Part shown: positions 45,519 to 54,609 of the stretch, piece after piece
Position numbering within the stretch: the first letter of the stretch is position 1
How the letters are laid out: each line of letters begins with the position of its first letter
Source: Candidatus Limnocylindrales bacterium
GTDB lineage: Bacteria; Chloroflexota; Limnocylindria; Limnocylindrales; CSP1-4
DNA length: 59,529 bases
Reading direction: 5' to 3'
Assembly: GCA_035764655.1 (NCBI GenBank)
Contig: DASTYU010000071.1
Location: 1 to 59,529, forward strand
Notes under the pieces: model-generated
Told to the model about the DNA's origin: nothing
What the model saw: only the letters and a program-made list of their open reading frames with translations
The model's database searches: none
Program-made: the position numbers and the translations under genes

Positions 45519-48500
45519 ATGCCTTCCGGATTCACACGGTCCCTGGTTAGTGCTGCCCTGGTCAGCCTGCTCTTAGGGTCACTCGCCCCGTCGGTGACCG
45601 CCGCCGAGCCCGACCGGGCCGGCTCCACCTCCGCAGACTCGCTCAGCCCGACCGTCGGGCCGAAAGTGAAGCCACGCGACTCCAAGCCAGTCCGCGACCT
45701 GAAGAAGGCAACGACGAACCCCGGGAACGCCGCCCGGGACCTGCAGAGCACCTCGGCCGGCCTCGACGTCCCGAACACGAACGTCGCGGACCCTGTCGGC
45801 CAGTTCTCGAGCGACGGGTTCGCGCTCACCGAGCTCGGCAATCCGATCGTCAACGTCAACGGTCTGGGCGGCGCCAATCCCAACGACACGACCGGCGACG
45901 TCGGCCCCAACCACTACGTCCAGGCCATCAACTCGCAGGTCCGGATCACGGACAAGCAGGGCGTGCTGGCCCCGGGCGGCGGCCCGTTCAACCTCGGCAC
46001 GTTCTGGCAGAACAACGACGGCGTCGTCGATCCGTGCGAGGGCAACGCCGGCGACCCGCAGGTGCTGTACGACAACCTCGCGGATCGCTGGCTGGTGGCC
46101 CAGTTCGCCCAGACCCAGTTCTTGTGCATCGCGATCTCGCAGACCGCCGATCCCACCGGCACGTACCACCAGTACGTCTTCACCGTCAACCGCTTCCCGG
46201 ACTACTTCAAGGTCGGGGCGTGGCCGGACGGCTATTACGTCAGTGCCAACTACAACGGCCCAAACCAGGCAATGGCGCTCGTCCTCGATCGCGCCAACAT
46301 GCTCAACGGCAACCCGGCCGGTTCGGTCGAGTTCGCCGCGCCAAGCGTCACCGGCAACCTCGACGTGCTCCTTCCGAGCGATGTCGACGGCAAGACCAAT
46401 CCGCCGCCCGGGACCCCCAACTTCATGTACCGCCAGGTCGACGGCGACATCCTGGGTGGCACGGATCGGCTCGAGATCTGGGAGTTCCACGCGAACTGGA
46501 TCACGCCGGCCAGCTCGACGTTCTTCCTCGCCCAGAACGTTGCCACCGCCCCGTTCGACTCGACGACCTGCGGATTCGTGTTCCCGCCGCTGTGCATCCC
46601 GCAGCCGGGCACCGCGCAGTTGCTCGACTCGATCCCGTACTGGGGCATGCATCGCTTCCCGTATCGCAACTTCGGCGATCACGAGGTGATGGCCGGCAAC
46701 TTCACGGTCGATGCCAATGGCGCCGACGGCGTCGGCATCCGCTGGTTCATCCTCGAACGCACCGGCGGCGGTGCCTGGGCGGTTGCGAACGAGGGCACCT
46801 ATGCCCCCCAGCCAACGGGGGCTCCGGCATTCGTCCATCGCTGGATGGGCAGCCTCGCCATGGACCGCTTCGAGAACCTCGCCCTCGGCTTCACCCGTTC
46901 GAGCGGCCAGAACATCAGCCCCACCGTCACCGGCAACCCGTCGGCGATGTACACCGGGCGTCTCGCCGACGACCCGCTCGGGCTGCTTCCGCAACCGGAG
47001 ATCACCATACAGCCGGGAGCCGGCACGATCGGTGGCAACCGCTGGGGTGATTACTACTCCATGACCGTCGACCCGGTCGACGACTGCACGTTCTGGTACA
47101 CCGGCGACTTCGCGACCGCCGCAGGCGTGCGCCAGAGCCGGATCGCCAGCTTCCGGTTCGCGGACTGCGCGACCGACCTGGAGATCAGCAAGACCGTCAG
47201 CCCGGCGCACCCGGTGGCGGGCCAGGAGATCGTGTACACGATCACGGTCACGAACAACGGCCCGATCGCAGCGCAGAACGTCACGGTCGAGGACGTCCTG
47301 CCGGGCGCCGTGAACTACCTGGCCGACACGGACACGTGCACCGGCGTGGGTGTTGGCGCCAGCGGCACCCTCACCTGCGACCTCGGCACGATCGAGGCGG
47401 GCGCCTCGAAGAGCTTCGAGATCAAGGTCTCGATCGACCCCGATCTCGGTGGCGCCAGCAGTATCACGAACACCGCGACGGTGACGTCCGACGCCAACGA
47501 ATCGGATCCCGCGGACAACACGATCTCGCTCACCCACCTGGTGAACGAGCTCGCCGACGTCCGTGTCACCAAGCTGTGCAAGCCCGACAGCGAGCCGGCT
47601 CCCGCCGGCACCAACGGAATCTGCTCGATCTTCGTGTCCAACGATGGTCCGTCGGCGGCGCGGGCGGTGACCCTCACCGACACCCACGTCAGTGACGGCG
47701 CATTCACGCTGGCCACCTCGAGCGCCGGCTGCGTGGCCGGTGCCACGGTCGTGACCTGCAATCTGGGCACGATCCAGCCGGAGGCGACCGTCCAGGTGGA
47801 CGTCACGGTGTCGAGCGATGCCGACGTCGACGTCAACGACGTCGCCAAGGCGACCTCGGCGACGCCGGATCCCGCCCCGGGAAACAACGAGGCGACCTCA
47901 GGTCTCTCGTTCGACGCGGCGGCGGACCTCGTCATCACCAAGAGCGGACCGACCACGGCGACGGCCGGCGAGCAGTTCGACTACACGCTGACCGTCGACA
48001 ACAACGGCCCATCCACGGCCGAGAACGTCGTGGTCACCGACGAGCTGCCCGACGATGTCGACTTCGTGTCGGCGGTGGCCAGCGTCGGTACGTTCACGGC
48101 GGTCGACGGGACGATCACGTGGAACCTCGGCAATGTCGCCGTGGCCGACCCGCCGCGGACGCTCACGATCACGGTGCTCGTCCACCCCGACGCGGTCGAC
48201 CCGCTCATCAACAATGCGGCGGTCACGAGCACCACCTCGGATCCCGACACGAACAACAACCGCGCCACGTGGACGGTCAACCTCGACGCCGAGGCAAACC
48301 TCACCCTCACCAAGGACGACAGTCCCGACCCGGTCACGGCCGGTTCCGACCTGACGTACACGCTGACGGTCGGCAACGCCGGGCCCTCGACCGCACAGGA
48401 CGTCGTGGTGACCGACACGATTCCGGCAGAGACCACGTTCGTGAGCGCCGTCGGCGGCACGGGCACGACCGCGTGCGCCCAGGTGCAGATCGGGGTCGTC

Positions 48501-49109
48501 TCGTGCGAGGTCGGCGACCTCGACCCGGGCGAGTCGGAAACCATCTTCATCACCGTCCACGTCGCGGCCGACACGCCCGACGGGACGATCACCAACGAGG
48601 CCGAAGCCACGTCCCCGACCGATCCCGACGGCGCTCAGGCGTCCGAGGACACGACGGTGGTGACCAAGGCCGACCTGTGGATGGAGAAGACGGGCACGGC
48701 CCCGGCAGGCAACCCGTCCGGTGCGTTGATCTACACGCTCACCGTCCACAACCATCCGGGATCGGCGCCCGACGACACGCCGACATCCGGCGCGGGCGGC
48801 CCGTCCGACGCGCAGGACGTCGTCGTCACCGACCCGCTCCCACTGACCAACAAGAAGCTCAAGGTGCAGTTCCTGTCACCGGGTTGCAGCTACTCACTCG
48901 GTAGCCACACGGTGACCTGCAGCACACCGACGGTTCCCTTCGGGACCTCGGTCGTGTTCGAGTTCCAGGTCCAGATCCAGGGCTCGAACGGAACCGTGAC
49001 GAACACGGCGACGGTGTCGAGCTCGACCGCCGATCCGGTGGCCGGCAACAACAGCGACACCGTCAACAACGTCGTCCAGGGTGGCACCGGCAAGGGCAAG
49101 AAACCCTGA
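45519..49109 (+). CDS. Large secreted protein: unassigned ~530-aa N-terminal domain followed by DUF11 (conserved repeat domain) repeats
   Basis: ATG 45519 follows GGGGAGGGGG. Signal peptide SLVSAALVSLLLGSLAPSVTAAEP. At least five repeats of the type DLxIxKxxxPxPVxAGxxLxYTLTVxNxGPSxAxxVVVTDxLP. No LPXTG or other C-terminal anchor. Confidence 0.85.
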   Translation: MPSGFTRSLVSAALVSLLLGSLAPSVTAAEPDRAGSTSADSLSPTVGPKVKPRDSKPVRDLKKATTNPGNAARDLQSTSAGLDVPNTNVADPVGQFSSDGFALTELGNPIVNVNGLGGANPNDTTGDVGPNHYVQAINSQVRITDKQGVLAPGGGPFNLGTFWQNNDGVVDPCEGNAGDPQVLYDNLADRWLVAQFAQTQFLCIAISQTADPTGTYHQYVFTVNRFPDYFKVGAWPDGYYVSANYNGPNQAMALVLDRANMLNGNPAGSVEFAAPSVTGNLDVLLPSDVDGKTNPPPGTPNFMYRQVDGDILGGTDRLEIWEFHANWITPASSTFFLAQNVATAPFDSTTCGFVFPPLCIPQPGTAQLLDSIPYWGMHRFPYRNFGDHEVMAGNFTVDANGADGVGIRWFILERTGGGAWAVANEGTYAPQPTGAPAFVHRWMGSLAMDRFENLALGFTRSSGQNISPTVTGNPSAMYTGRLADDPLGLLPQPEITIQPGAGTIGGNRWGDYYSMTVDPVDDCTFWYTGDFATAAGVRQSRIASFRFADCATDLEISKTVSPAHPVAGQEIVYTITVTNNGPIAAQNVTVEDVLPGAVNYLADTDTCTGVGVGASGTLTCDLGTIEAGASKSFEIKVSIDPDLGGASSITNTATVTSDANESDPADNTISLTHLVNELADVRVTKLCKPDSEPAPAGTNGICSIFVSNDGPSAARAVTLTDTHVSDGAFTLATSSAGCVAGATVVTCNLGTIQPEATVQVDVTVSSDADVDVNDVAKATSATPDPAPGNNEATSGLSFDAAADLVITKSGPTTATAGEQFDYTLTVDNNGPSTAENVVVTDELPDDVDFVSAVASVGTFTAVDGTITWNLGNVAVADPPRTLTITVLVHPDAVDPLINNAAVTSTTSDPDTNNNRATWTVNLDAEANLTLTKDDSPDPVTAGSDLTYTLTVGNAGPSTAQDVVVTDTIPAETTFVSAVGGTGTTACAQVQIGVVSCEVGDLDPGESETIFITVHVAADTPDGTITNEAEATSPTDPDGAQASEDTTVVTKADLWMEKTGTAPAGNPSGALIYTLTVHNHPGSAPDDTPTSGAGGPSDAQDVVVTDPLPLTNKKLKVQFLSPGCSYSLGSHTVTCSTPTVPFGTSVVFEFQVQIQGSNGTVTNTATVSSSTADPVAGNNSDTVNNVVQGGTGKGKKP

Positions 49110-49133
49110 CACGGGACCGTCCCTGACAGCATC

Positions 49134-49162
49134 GAAGCCGGTCGGCAACGCCGACCGGCTTC
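49134..49162. terminator. Bidirectional terminator hairpin
   Basis: gaagccggtcggc-aac-gccgaccggcttc, a perfect 13-bp stem between convergent genes (stops at 49109 and 49185). Confidence 0.7.
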
Positions 49163-49184
49163 GCGATTCCCGGCCGGGGCGGCG

Positions 49185-49715
49185 CTACGGTGCGACGGCG
49201 AACGGCGTGCCGATCGTACGCAACGCCTCGGCGACCCGCGGCGCGTTGGGGTCCTGGGCGTCGGCCGGCAGCCAGTCGTACACGATCAGCGCCGAACCAA
49301 GCTGCTGGATGACGTGATCCGTGCCGGGCGGCGATTGGACCCGTCCCGGGCCGCTGGCGAGGTACTCGCGCTGCGCCTCGGCCGCCGCCCGGGCGTCGCC
49401 TTCGGATGGCAGCTCATAGACGACGATGAACCCTTCGCCCGGATCGCGGGGGAGCGTGACCTGATAGACGTTCCGTGGGGCGGCTGCAAGCGGCCCGGCC
49501 TCAGGCGGACGGAACGGCGTCACCGTGTCGGCCACGATCAGATTGGCCCGACCCAGCGCCTCGAACACGGCTGCGCGCGCGGCCGTGGCCGCCGGCCCCG
49601 CTGCCGGCGAGCCGATCGGTGCGGCCGGCTGCCCGGCGATCGGCGTTGCATCGAGGTCGGCGCAGGCGGTGACAACCACCAACAGCGACGCTGCGAGGAT
49701 CAGCCGGGCGGCCAC
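49185..49715 (-). CDS. Lipoprotein of unknown function
   Basis: LILAASLLVVVTAC lipobox. No recognisable domain. Confidence 0.62.
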   Translation of the reverse strand: MAARLILAASLLVVVTACADLDATPIAGQPAAPIGSPAAGPAATAARAAVFEALGRANLIVADTVTPFRPPEAGPLAAAPRNVYQVTLPRDPGEGFIVVYELPSEGDARAAAEAQREYLASGPGRVQSPPGTDHVIQQLGSALIVYDWLPADAQDPNAPRVAEALRTIGTPFAVAP

Positions 49716-50047
49716 GACATCGACCGGCCCCCGAGCAGGTGCAGATGGAGGTGGTGAACCGACTGCCCCGCGTCGCCCCCGACGTTGGTGACCAGCCGGT
49801 AGCCCGACTCGGCGATGCCCTCGGACCGCGCAAGGCTGCCGGCCACGACGAACAGCCGCGCGAGCAACGCGGCGTGGTCCTCGGTGAGCTCCGCGGCCGA
49901 CACCACGTGCTCCCGCGAGATCAGCAGGATGTGGCTCGGCGCCTTCGGGTCGATGTCGCGGAAGGCCACGACCAGGTCGTCGTTGTGGACGATGTCCGCG
50001 GGGATGTCGCCCTCGGCGATGGCGCAGAAGATGCAGTCAGACGGCAT
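49700..50047 (-). CDS. HIT-family (histidine triad) protein
   Basis: CIFCAIAEGDIPA and the triad SVHHLHLHLLGG. Confidence 0.93.
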   Translation of the reverse strand: MPSDCIFCAIAEGDIPADIVHNDDLVVAFRDIDPKAPSHILLISREHVVSAAELTEDHAALLARLFVVAGSLARSEGIAESGYRLVTNVGGDAGQSVHHLHLHLLGGRSMSWPPG

Positions 50048-51491
50048 GGACGCCTCCCTGATGCGCGGGTACGACCGGCAGGTCGCGACGGATCCGCTGG
50101 CGCGGCCGGTCCAGCGCGACGATCGAGCCGACGGCCCGGTCGGCGACCTCGCCGTCGATCCCCTCGATCATCACCCGCCCGATCGCGTTCTCGAGCTCGT
50201 CGCCGTCGGCCGCGACCAGGACATGGTCCTCCGCATGGCCGACCCAGCGGCCGTCCGGCAGGCGCCGTTCGAAGAGCACGGCTGCCAGGCGCCCAACGTG
50301 CGCTGCGGCGAACGCCGCCCGCCCCGCGGCCGCCACGGTCAGGAGCTCGGTCGCGCGCCGCTTCCTTGTCCGCTCGTCGACCGCCCCGGTCATGCGCGCC
50401 GCCGCCGTTCCGGGCCGCGCCGAGTAGCGGAACACGTGGACACCCGCGAACCCGATCGCGCCGATGAACGACAGCGACCGCTCCCAGGCCGCGTCGTCTT
50501 CGGTCGGGAAGCCGACGATCACGTCGCCGTGGATCGCCACGCCGGGGATCGATTCGCGGACCCGCGCCACGACCGCGGCGTAGGCGGCCGAGTCATAGCG
50601 GCGGCCCATCCGGCGGAGGACACCGTCGTCGCCCGACTGCAGCGGCAGGTGGAAGTGGGGCAGGCACCTTCCTTCCGAGCCACGCCAGACGTCCAGCAGG
50701 TCGTCGTCCACGTGCTGCGGTTCGATGGAGCTCAGCCGGATCCGCTCGACGTCGGTCTCTTCGAGCAGGCGCCGGACGAGGCCGGCAAGCGTCAGCGCCG
50801 AGGCGCGATGCGAACCGCGCGGGCCCCGCTCCGACCAGCCGCCGTCGTACGTCCCGACGTTGATCCCGGTCAGGACGAGCTCGCGGTGGCCGGCGGCCAG
50901 CGCGCGGCGCGCGTCGGCGAGGACCGCCTCGGGGGTGAGCGACCGCTCGGGACCGCGGGCGCTCGGGATGATGCAGTAGGTGCAGAAGAACGAGCAGCCG
51001 TCCTGGACCTTGACGAACGCGCGGGTCCGCTCGACGACGTGACGGTCGTCTCCGGCCGTCGCCAGCTCGACCCCGGACAGCGTCGGCAGCGGCGCCTCGA
51101 GCTGGCCGGCCGGGCCCTGAGGGAGCCCGACGAGCGCTTCGAGCTCTGTCAACAACTGGTCCTTCGAATGGTTGTCGATGAGCCGGGCGTCGGGGTCGGC
51201 CGCGCGGAACGCTTCGGGCGCGGTCTGCACGGAGCAGCCGGTCACGATCACCGCCGCGTCGGGATTCTCCCGTCGAGCCCGGCGAACCGCAGCCCGCGAC
51301 TTCGCGTCCGCCTCCGCGGTGACGGTGCAGGTGTTGACGAGCACGAGCTGGGCAGGGTCGTGCGACCCGACCACGTCCACACCGCGCGACCGCAGCAGAC
51401 GGGCGGCCGCGTCCACCTCGGCCTGGTTGACCTTGCAGCCGAGGTTGACGATCGCCGCGGTCCGCGGAGCGCTGCCGGTCATCGCGTCCAC
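50037..51491 (-). CDS. mtaB: tRNA methylthiotransferase, MtaB-like radical-SAM enzyme
   Basis: UPF0004 domain (IVNLGCKVNQAEVD, NTCTVTAEAD), radical-SAM CSFFCTYCIIP and a C-terminal TRAM-like region. Gene order dnaJ-prmA-...-mtaB as in Bacillus. Confidence 0.85.
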   Translation of the reverse strand: MDAMTGSAPRTAAIVNLGCKVNQAEVDAAARLLRSRGVDVVGSHDPAQLVLVNTCTVTAEADAKSRAAVRRARRENPDAAVIVTGCSVQTAPEAFRAADPDARLIDNHSKDQLLTELEALVGLPQGPAGQLEAPLPTLSGVELATAGDDRHVVERTRAFVKVQDGCSFFCTYCIIPSARGPERSLTPEAVLADARRALAAGHRELVLTGINVGTYDGGWSERGPRGSHRASALTLAGLVRRLLEETDVERIRLSSIEPQHVDDDLLDVWRGSEGRCLPHFHLPLQSGDDGVLRRMGRRYDSAAYAAVVARVRESIPGVAIHGDVIVGFPTEDDAAWERSLSFIGAIGFAGVHVFRYSARPGTAAARMTGAVDERTRKRRATELLTVAAAGRAAFAAAHVGRLAAVLFERRLPDGRWVGHAEDHVLVAADGDELENAIGRVMIEGIDGEVADRAVGSIVALDRPRQRIRRDLPVVPAHQGGVHAV

Positions 51492-51501
51492 GACGTCGTG
51501 C

Positions 51502-51963
51502 TCACCAGAAATCCGGCTTGGCGCTCATCAGGAAGCCGATCGTGCCGACAAGGCCCGCCATCAGGTACGACACGTAGCGCTGGCGCTTCGCGCGCTCCTT
51601 CCAGACGGTGTCGTCCCTGGCCGCGGAGATGCCGACGAGCCGGCGCAGGTTCGGGCGCTGGATGAAGAACGCGATCCCGAGGTTCACGAAGTAGATCGTC
51701 AGCGCGATCAGCAGCCAGGGTTGCGCGAGCAGCGTCGGGCCGAGGACGGCAACCATCGCCAGGCCGGTCAGCGCCAGGCCCAGCCCGATCACGACGGTGC
51801 CGTGGCTCTGCAACCACAGCAGCGCGCGCATCACCCGGCCCGGCGAACCCGCCGCTGCCTTCCGCGTCCGCAGCGTGAACGGCAGCACGATCGACGGGAC
51901 GAACAGCGAGATCGCGAGCGTCACGTGGATGGCGAGCAGGTACGGGAACAGCGTCGTGGGCAT
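51502..51963 (-). CDS. Four-helix integral membrane protein (DUF2269-like impression)
   Basis: MPTTLFPYLLAIHVTLAISLFVPSIVLPF... has four hydrophobic helices. ATG 51963. The upstream part of ORF 51502..52614 is an out-of-frame read of prmA. Confidence 0.62.
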   Translation of the reverse strand: MPTTLFPYLLAIHVTLAISLFVPSIVLPFTLRTRKAAAGSPGRVMRALLWLQSHGTVVIGLGLALTGLAMVAVLGPTLLAQPWLLIALTIYFVNLGIAFFIQRPNLRRLVGISAARDDTVWKERAKRQRYVSYLMAGLVGTIGFLMSAKPDFW

Positions 51964-51992
51964 CGGGCTGCGATTGTAGGTCGGGTCGGCGT

Positions 51993-52922
51993 TCACCCCA
52001 CCGGAGCGGCTTCGAATGCCACCCAGTCTCCCTCGGCGAGACGGCCGGCCACGCGCATCCCGGCCGCCTCGAACGCGCCACGCACCTCCGTCTCGCGGTC
52101 CACGAAGATGCCCGATGCCAGCAGCGTCCCTCCGGGCGTCAGCTCGGCCCGGAGGTCGTCCGCCAGGCGGACGAGCAGGGCCGCGATCAGGTTCGCCACC
52201 ACCACCTCGAACGGACCCTCGCCCGTCGGCAAGCTTCCTTCGCGCGCGCGGACGCGCCGGCCGATCCGGTTGCGGCGGGCGTTCGCCGTCATGGCCTCGA
52301 CCGCAATCGGATCGGTGTCCACGCCGAGCGCCGATGCCGCGCCGAGCCGCACGCCGGCGATCGCCAGGATCCCGGATCCGCAACCCACGTCGAGCAGCCT
52401 GCGGCCCTCGAGCGCACCGCGGTCGGCGAGCCCTTCGAGCGCTGCGAGGCACAGCCGCGTCGTCGGGTGGAGGCCGGTCCCGAAGGCCATCCCCGGATCG
52501 AGCGCGAGCACGATCTCGTCGTTGGCTGCCTTGTGTTCCCGCCACGTCGGCCGAACGACCAGCCGGCGTCCGACGCGGAGCACCGGGAAGTGGCGTTTCC
52601 ACTCCTCCGCCCAATCGGCCTCGTCAACGAGGCGCGTGGTCACCTCGCCGATCGGGCGAAGGTCGAACGCCTGGAGATGGCCCAGGGCCTGCGTCACCTC
52701 CTCGACGGTGCGCTCCACCACCTCGGGGTCCGTCGCCTCGACGTAGGCGCGAACGACCGCGGGCCGTCCCGTGTCCACGCGCGCCCCGAGCCCCTCGTCG
52801 ACGAGCTCGAAGCCGGGCTCCACGCTCGTGCCCGTGGGCGCCACGCGCCCGAGGATCTCGCTGACCGCCTCGACCGCCTCGTGGTCGGCTTCGACCGAGA
52901 TCTCGACCCAGAAGGCGGTCAC
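51993..52922 (-). CDS. prmA: Ribosomal protein L11 methyltransferase
   Basis: LDPGMAFGTGLHPTTRLCL, LLDVGCGSGILAIA SAM motif. Confidence 0.9.
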   Translation of the reverse strand: MTAFWVEISVEADHEAVEAVSEILGRVAPTGTSVEPGFELVDEGLGARVDTGRPAVVRAYVEATDPEVVERTVEEVTQALGHLQAFDLRPIGEVTTRLVDEADWAEEWKRHFPVLRVGRRLVVRPTWREHKAANDEIVLALDPGMAFGTGLHPTTRLCLAALEGLADRGALEGRRLLDVGCGSGILAIAGVRLGAASALGVDTDPIAVEAMTANARRNRIGRRVRAREGSLPTGEGPFEVVVANLIAALLVRLADDLRAELTPGGTLLASGIFVDRETEVRGAFEAAGMRVAGRLAEGDWVAFEAAPVG

Positions 52923-54082
52923 GACGCCTTCGATTGCTTGGCCGGACGCTTCGCGCTCTTCGGCTTCTTGCCGAGCACCTTGTCGATCAGGCCTCCGGTG
53001 CCGCTGACGGCCTCGCCGGCCTCGTCGGCGTAGGCCTCCAGCAGCTCGCGCTCCCGCTTCGACAGGCGAGTGGGGACCGCGACGTCCACGAGCACATGAA
53101 GATCGCCACGGACGCCGCTCCGTCGCAGGTGCGGCACGCCGCGGCCGCGCAGCCGAATCTCGGTGCCGGGCTGGGTGCCGGCCTTGACCTCGACCTCCTC
53201 CTCTCCCTCGACGGTCGGCACGATGAGCATTGTCCCGAGCGCGGCCTGGGCGATGGACACCGAGGCGTCGTAGTACAGCTCCGTGCCGTCACGCTTGAGC
53301 ATCGGGTGAGGACTGACGTGGACGGCGACGTACAGGCTGCCCGGCGGACCGCCGCGTGGCCCGACCTCGCCCTCGCCCGACAGCCGGATCTGGTGGCCCT
53401 CGTCGATGCCGGCCGGGATCGTGACCCGCAGGCTCTTCTTCCGCTCGATCCGGCCCTCGCCCTGGCACGTGTCACAGCGGCCTTCGATGATCCGCCCTTC
53501 GCCGCGGCAGCGCGGGCAGGCCGACACGTTCACCATCTGCCCGAGCATCGTCTGGCGGACCGAGCGGACCTCGCCGCGGCCATTGCATTGCGGGCAGGTG
53601 ATCGGGCTGGTGCCCGGCCGGGCGCCGCTGCCCGAGCACGTCTCGCACGTGCTCAGGACGCGGAACTCGATCTCCTTGTCCGTACCGGTGACGGCTTCCT
53701 CGAAGCTGATGCGGAGGTCGTAGCGCAGGTCCGAACCGGTCGGCGGCCGGCCGCGCCGGGCGGACGTCGCCGTGGCACCGCCGAAGAAGGCATCGAAGAT
53801 GTCGCTGAAGCCGCCAAACCCGCCAGCGAACCCGAAGTCGCCCTCTGCGCCAGCACCGCCCACGCCGGCGCGCCCGAACATGTCGTAGCGCTGGCGTCGG
53901 TCCGGGTCGGACAGCACCTGGTAGGCCTCGTTGATCTCCTTGAAGCGCTCCTGCGCGGCCGGATCGCCGTTGACGTCGGGATGCCACTGCTGCGCGAGCT
54001 TGCGGAAGGCACGCTTGATCTCGGCGTCCGTGGCGCCCCGCTCGACGCCCAGGACGGTGTAGTAATCCAGCTCGGTTGTCAT
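52919..54082 (-). CDS. dnaJ: Molecular chaperone DnaJ
   Basis: J domain (DYYTVLGV...HPD), a G/F region, four CxxCxGxG zinc motifs and a C-terminal domain. Confidence 0.97.
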   Translation of the reverse strand: MTTELDYYTVLGVERGATDAEIKRAFRKLAQQWHPDVNGDPAAQERFKEINEAYQVLSDPDRRQRYDMFGRAGVGGAGAEGDFGFAGGFGGFSDIFDAFFGGATATSARRGRPPTGSDLRYDLRISFEEAVTGTDKEIEFRVLSTCETCSGSGARPGTSPITCPQCNGRGEVRSVRQTMLGQMVNVSACPRCRGEGRIIEGRCDTCQGEGRIERKKSLRVTIPAGIDEGHQIRLSGEGEVGPRGGPPGSLYVAVHVSPHPMLKRDGTELYYDASVSIAQAALGTMLIVPTVEGEEEVEVKAGTQPGTEIRLRGRGVPHLRRSGVRGDLHVLVDVAVPTRLSKRERELLEAYADEAGEAVSGTGGLIDKVLGKKPKSAKRPAKQSKAS

Positions 54083-54360
54083 CGGTCGTTCAGGATACGA
54101 GAGGGTGGGCTCGAGCGCGGCGGTCAGGTCCCGGCGTACCCTGGCAGACCCGGGTAGCCCTGCGACGCAATCATGGCACTAGGGCGATGTGGTTCGCGGG
54201 CAATGAATTACGCGCCGGGCGATGGGGCGTCCGTTCTCCAGCCGGGCACTCACTGAGGTCCTGATGGGCCGGATGCATCGACGACCGAGAGTTGGAGCTC
54301 CGGGAGGGGCGCGTCCGGTGAGGCTGTAATCGCTTGTTCCGGCATTTCGAGGCGTCCTCG

Positions 54361-54386
54361 ACGACGTAGCGGACTCGAACCGCCAA
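54361..54386 (-). other. Orphan tRNA 3'-end-like segment (T-arm plus acceptor strand), not a complete tRNA
   Basis: The minus strand reads GGCGG-TTCGAGT-CCGCT-ACGTCGT-C. This is a canonical T-loop heptamer flanked by a 5-bp stem. Upstream sequence cannot be folded into D and anticodon arms; only ~60 nt is available and 5 of 7 acceptor pairs form. Confidence 0.35.
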
Positions 54387-54405
54387 GGTGGCTCAAGCCC
54401 ATCCG

Positions 54406-54609
54406 CTATCGCGATCTCGTCTCCCAGCCTCGCGGGTCATCGTCATCCTCGGACGCTTCGGCACGCTCCGCTGCCTTCTGAGCGTTCTCCGCTTCGCGCC
54501 GTGCTTGCTCAGCCGCGTCACGAGCTGCCTCAGCCGCGCGCTCAGCCTCCGCCGCTGCTTCCCTTGCTTGCTGCTCAGCTTCTCGACGCGCATGTTCCTC
54601 GTCGCTCAC
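54406..54609 (-). CDS. 67-aa acidic Ala/Glu/Arg-rich coiled-coil micro-protein (unknown function)
   Basis: MSDEEHARREAEQQAREAAAEAERAAEAARDAAEQARREAENAQKAAERAEASEDDDDPRGWETRSR. ATGA overlap with the upstream ORF, and it shares that ORF's A/T-richer codon choice. Confidence 0.5.
   Translation of the reverse strand: MSDEEHARREAEQQAREAAAEAERAAEAARDAAEQARREAENAQKAAERAEASEDDDDPRGWETRSR

Noticed and set aside
54171-54386. 71-aa ORF between the cassette and dnaJ as a third cassette gene.
   Set aside because: The product is Arg/Ser/Pro-rich with no Shine-Dalgarno and no codon bias resembling either the host or the cassette. It more likely lies in the dnaJ promoter region.
54083-54400. CIRCE (TTAGCACTC-N9-GAGTGCTAA) or HAIR (CTTGAGT-N7-ACTCAAG) heat-shock operator upstream of dnaJ.
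   Set aside because: I found only isolated GCACTC and GCTCAAG fragments without the matching inverted half-site.
54340-54440. Intact tRNA gene. A plus-strand anticodon-like stem-loop GGTGG-CTCAAGC-CCATC (anticodon CAA) sits next to a minus-strand T-arm.
   Set aside because: The two arms imply opposite strands. On neither strand can a complete cloverleaf be built: there is no D-arm with GG, only ~60 nt is available, and only 5 of 7 acceptor pairs form. It is kept only as a fragment.
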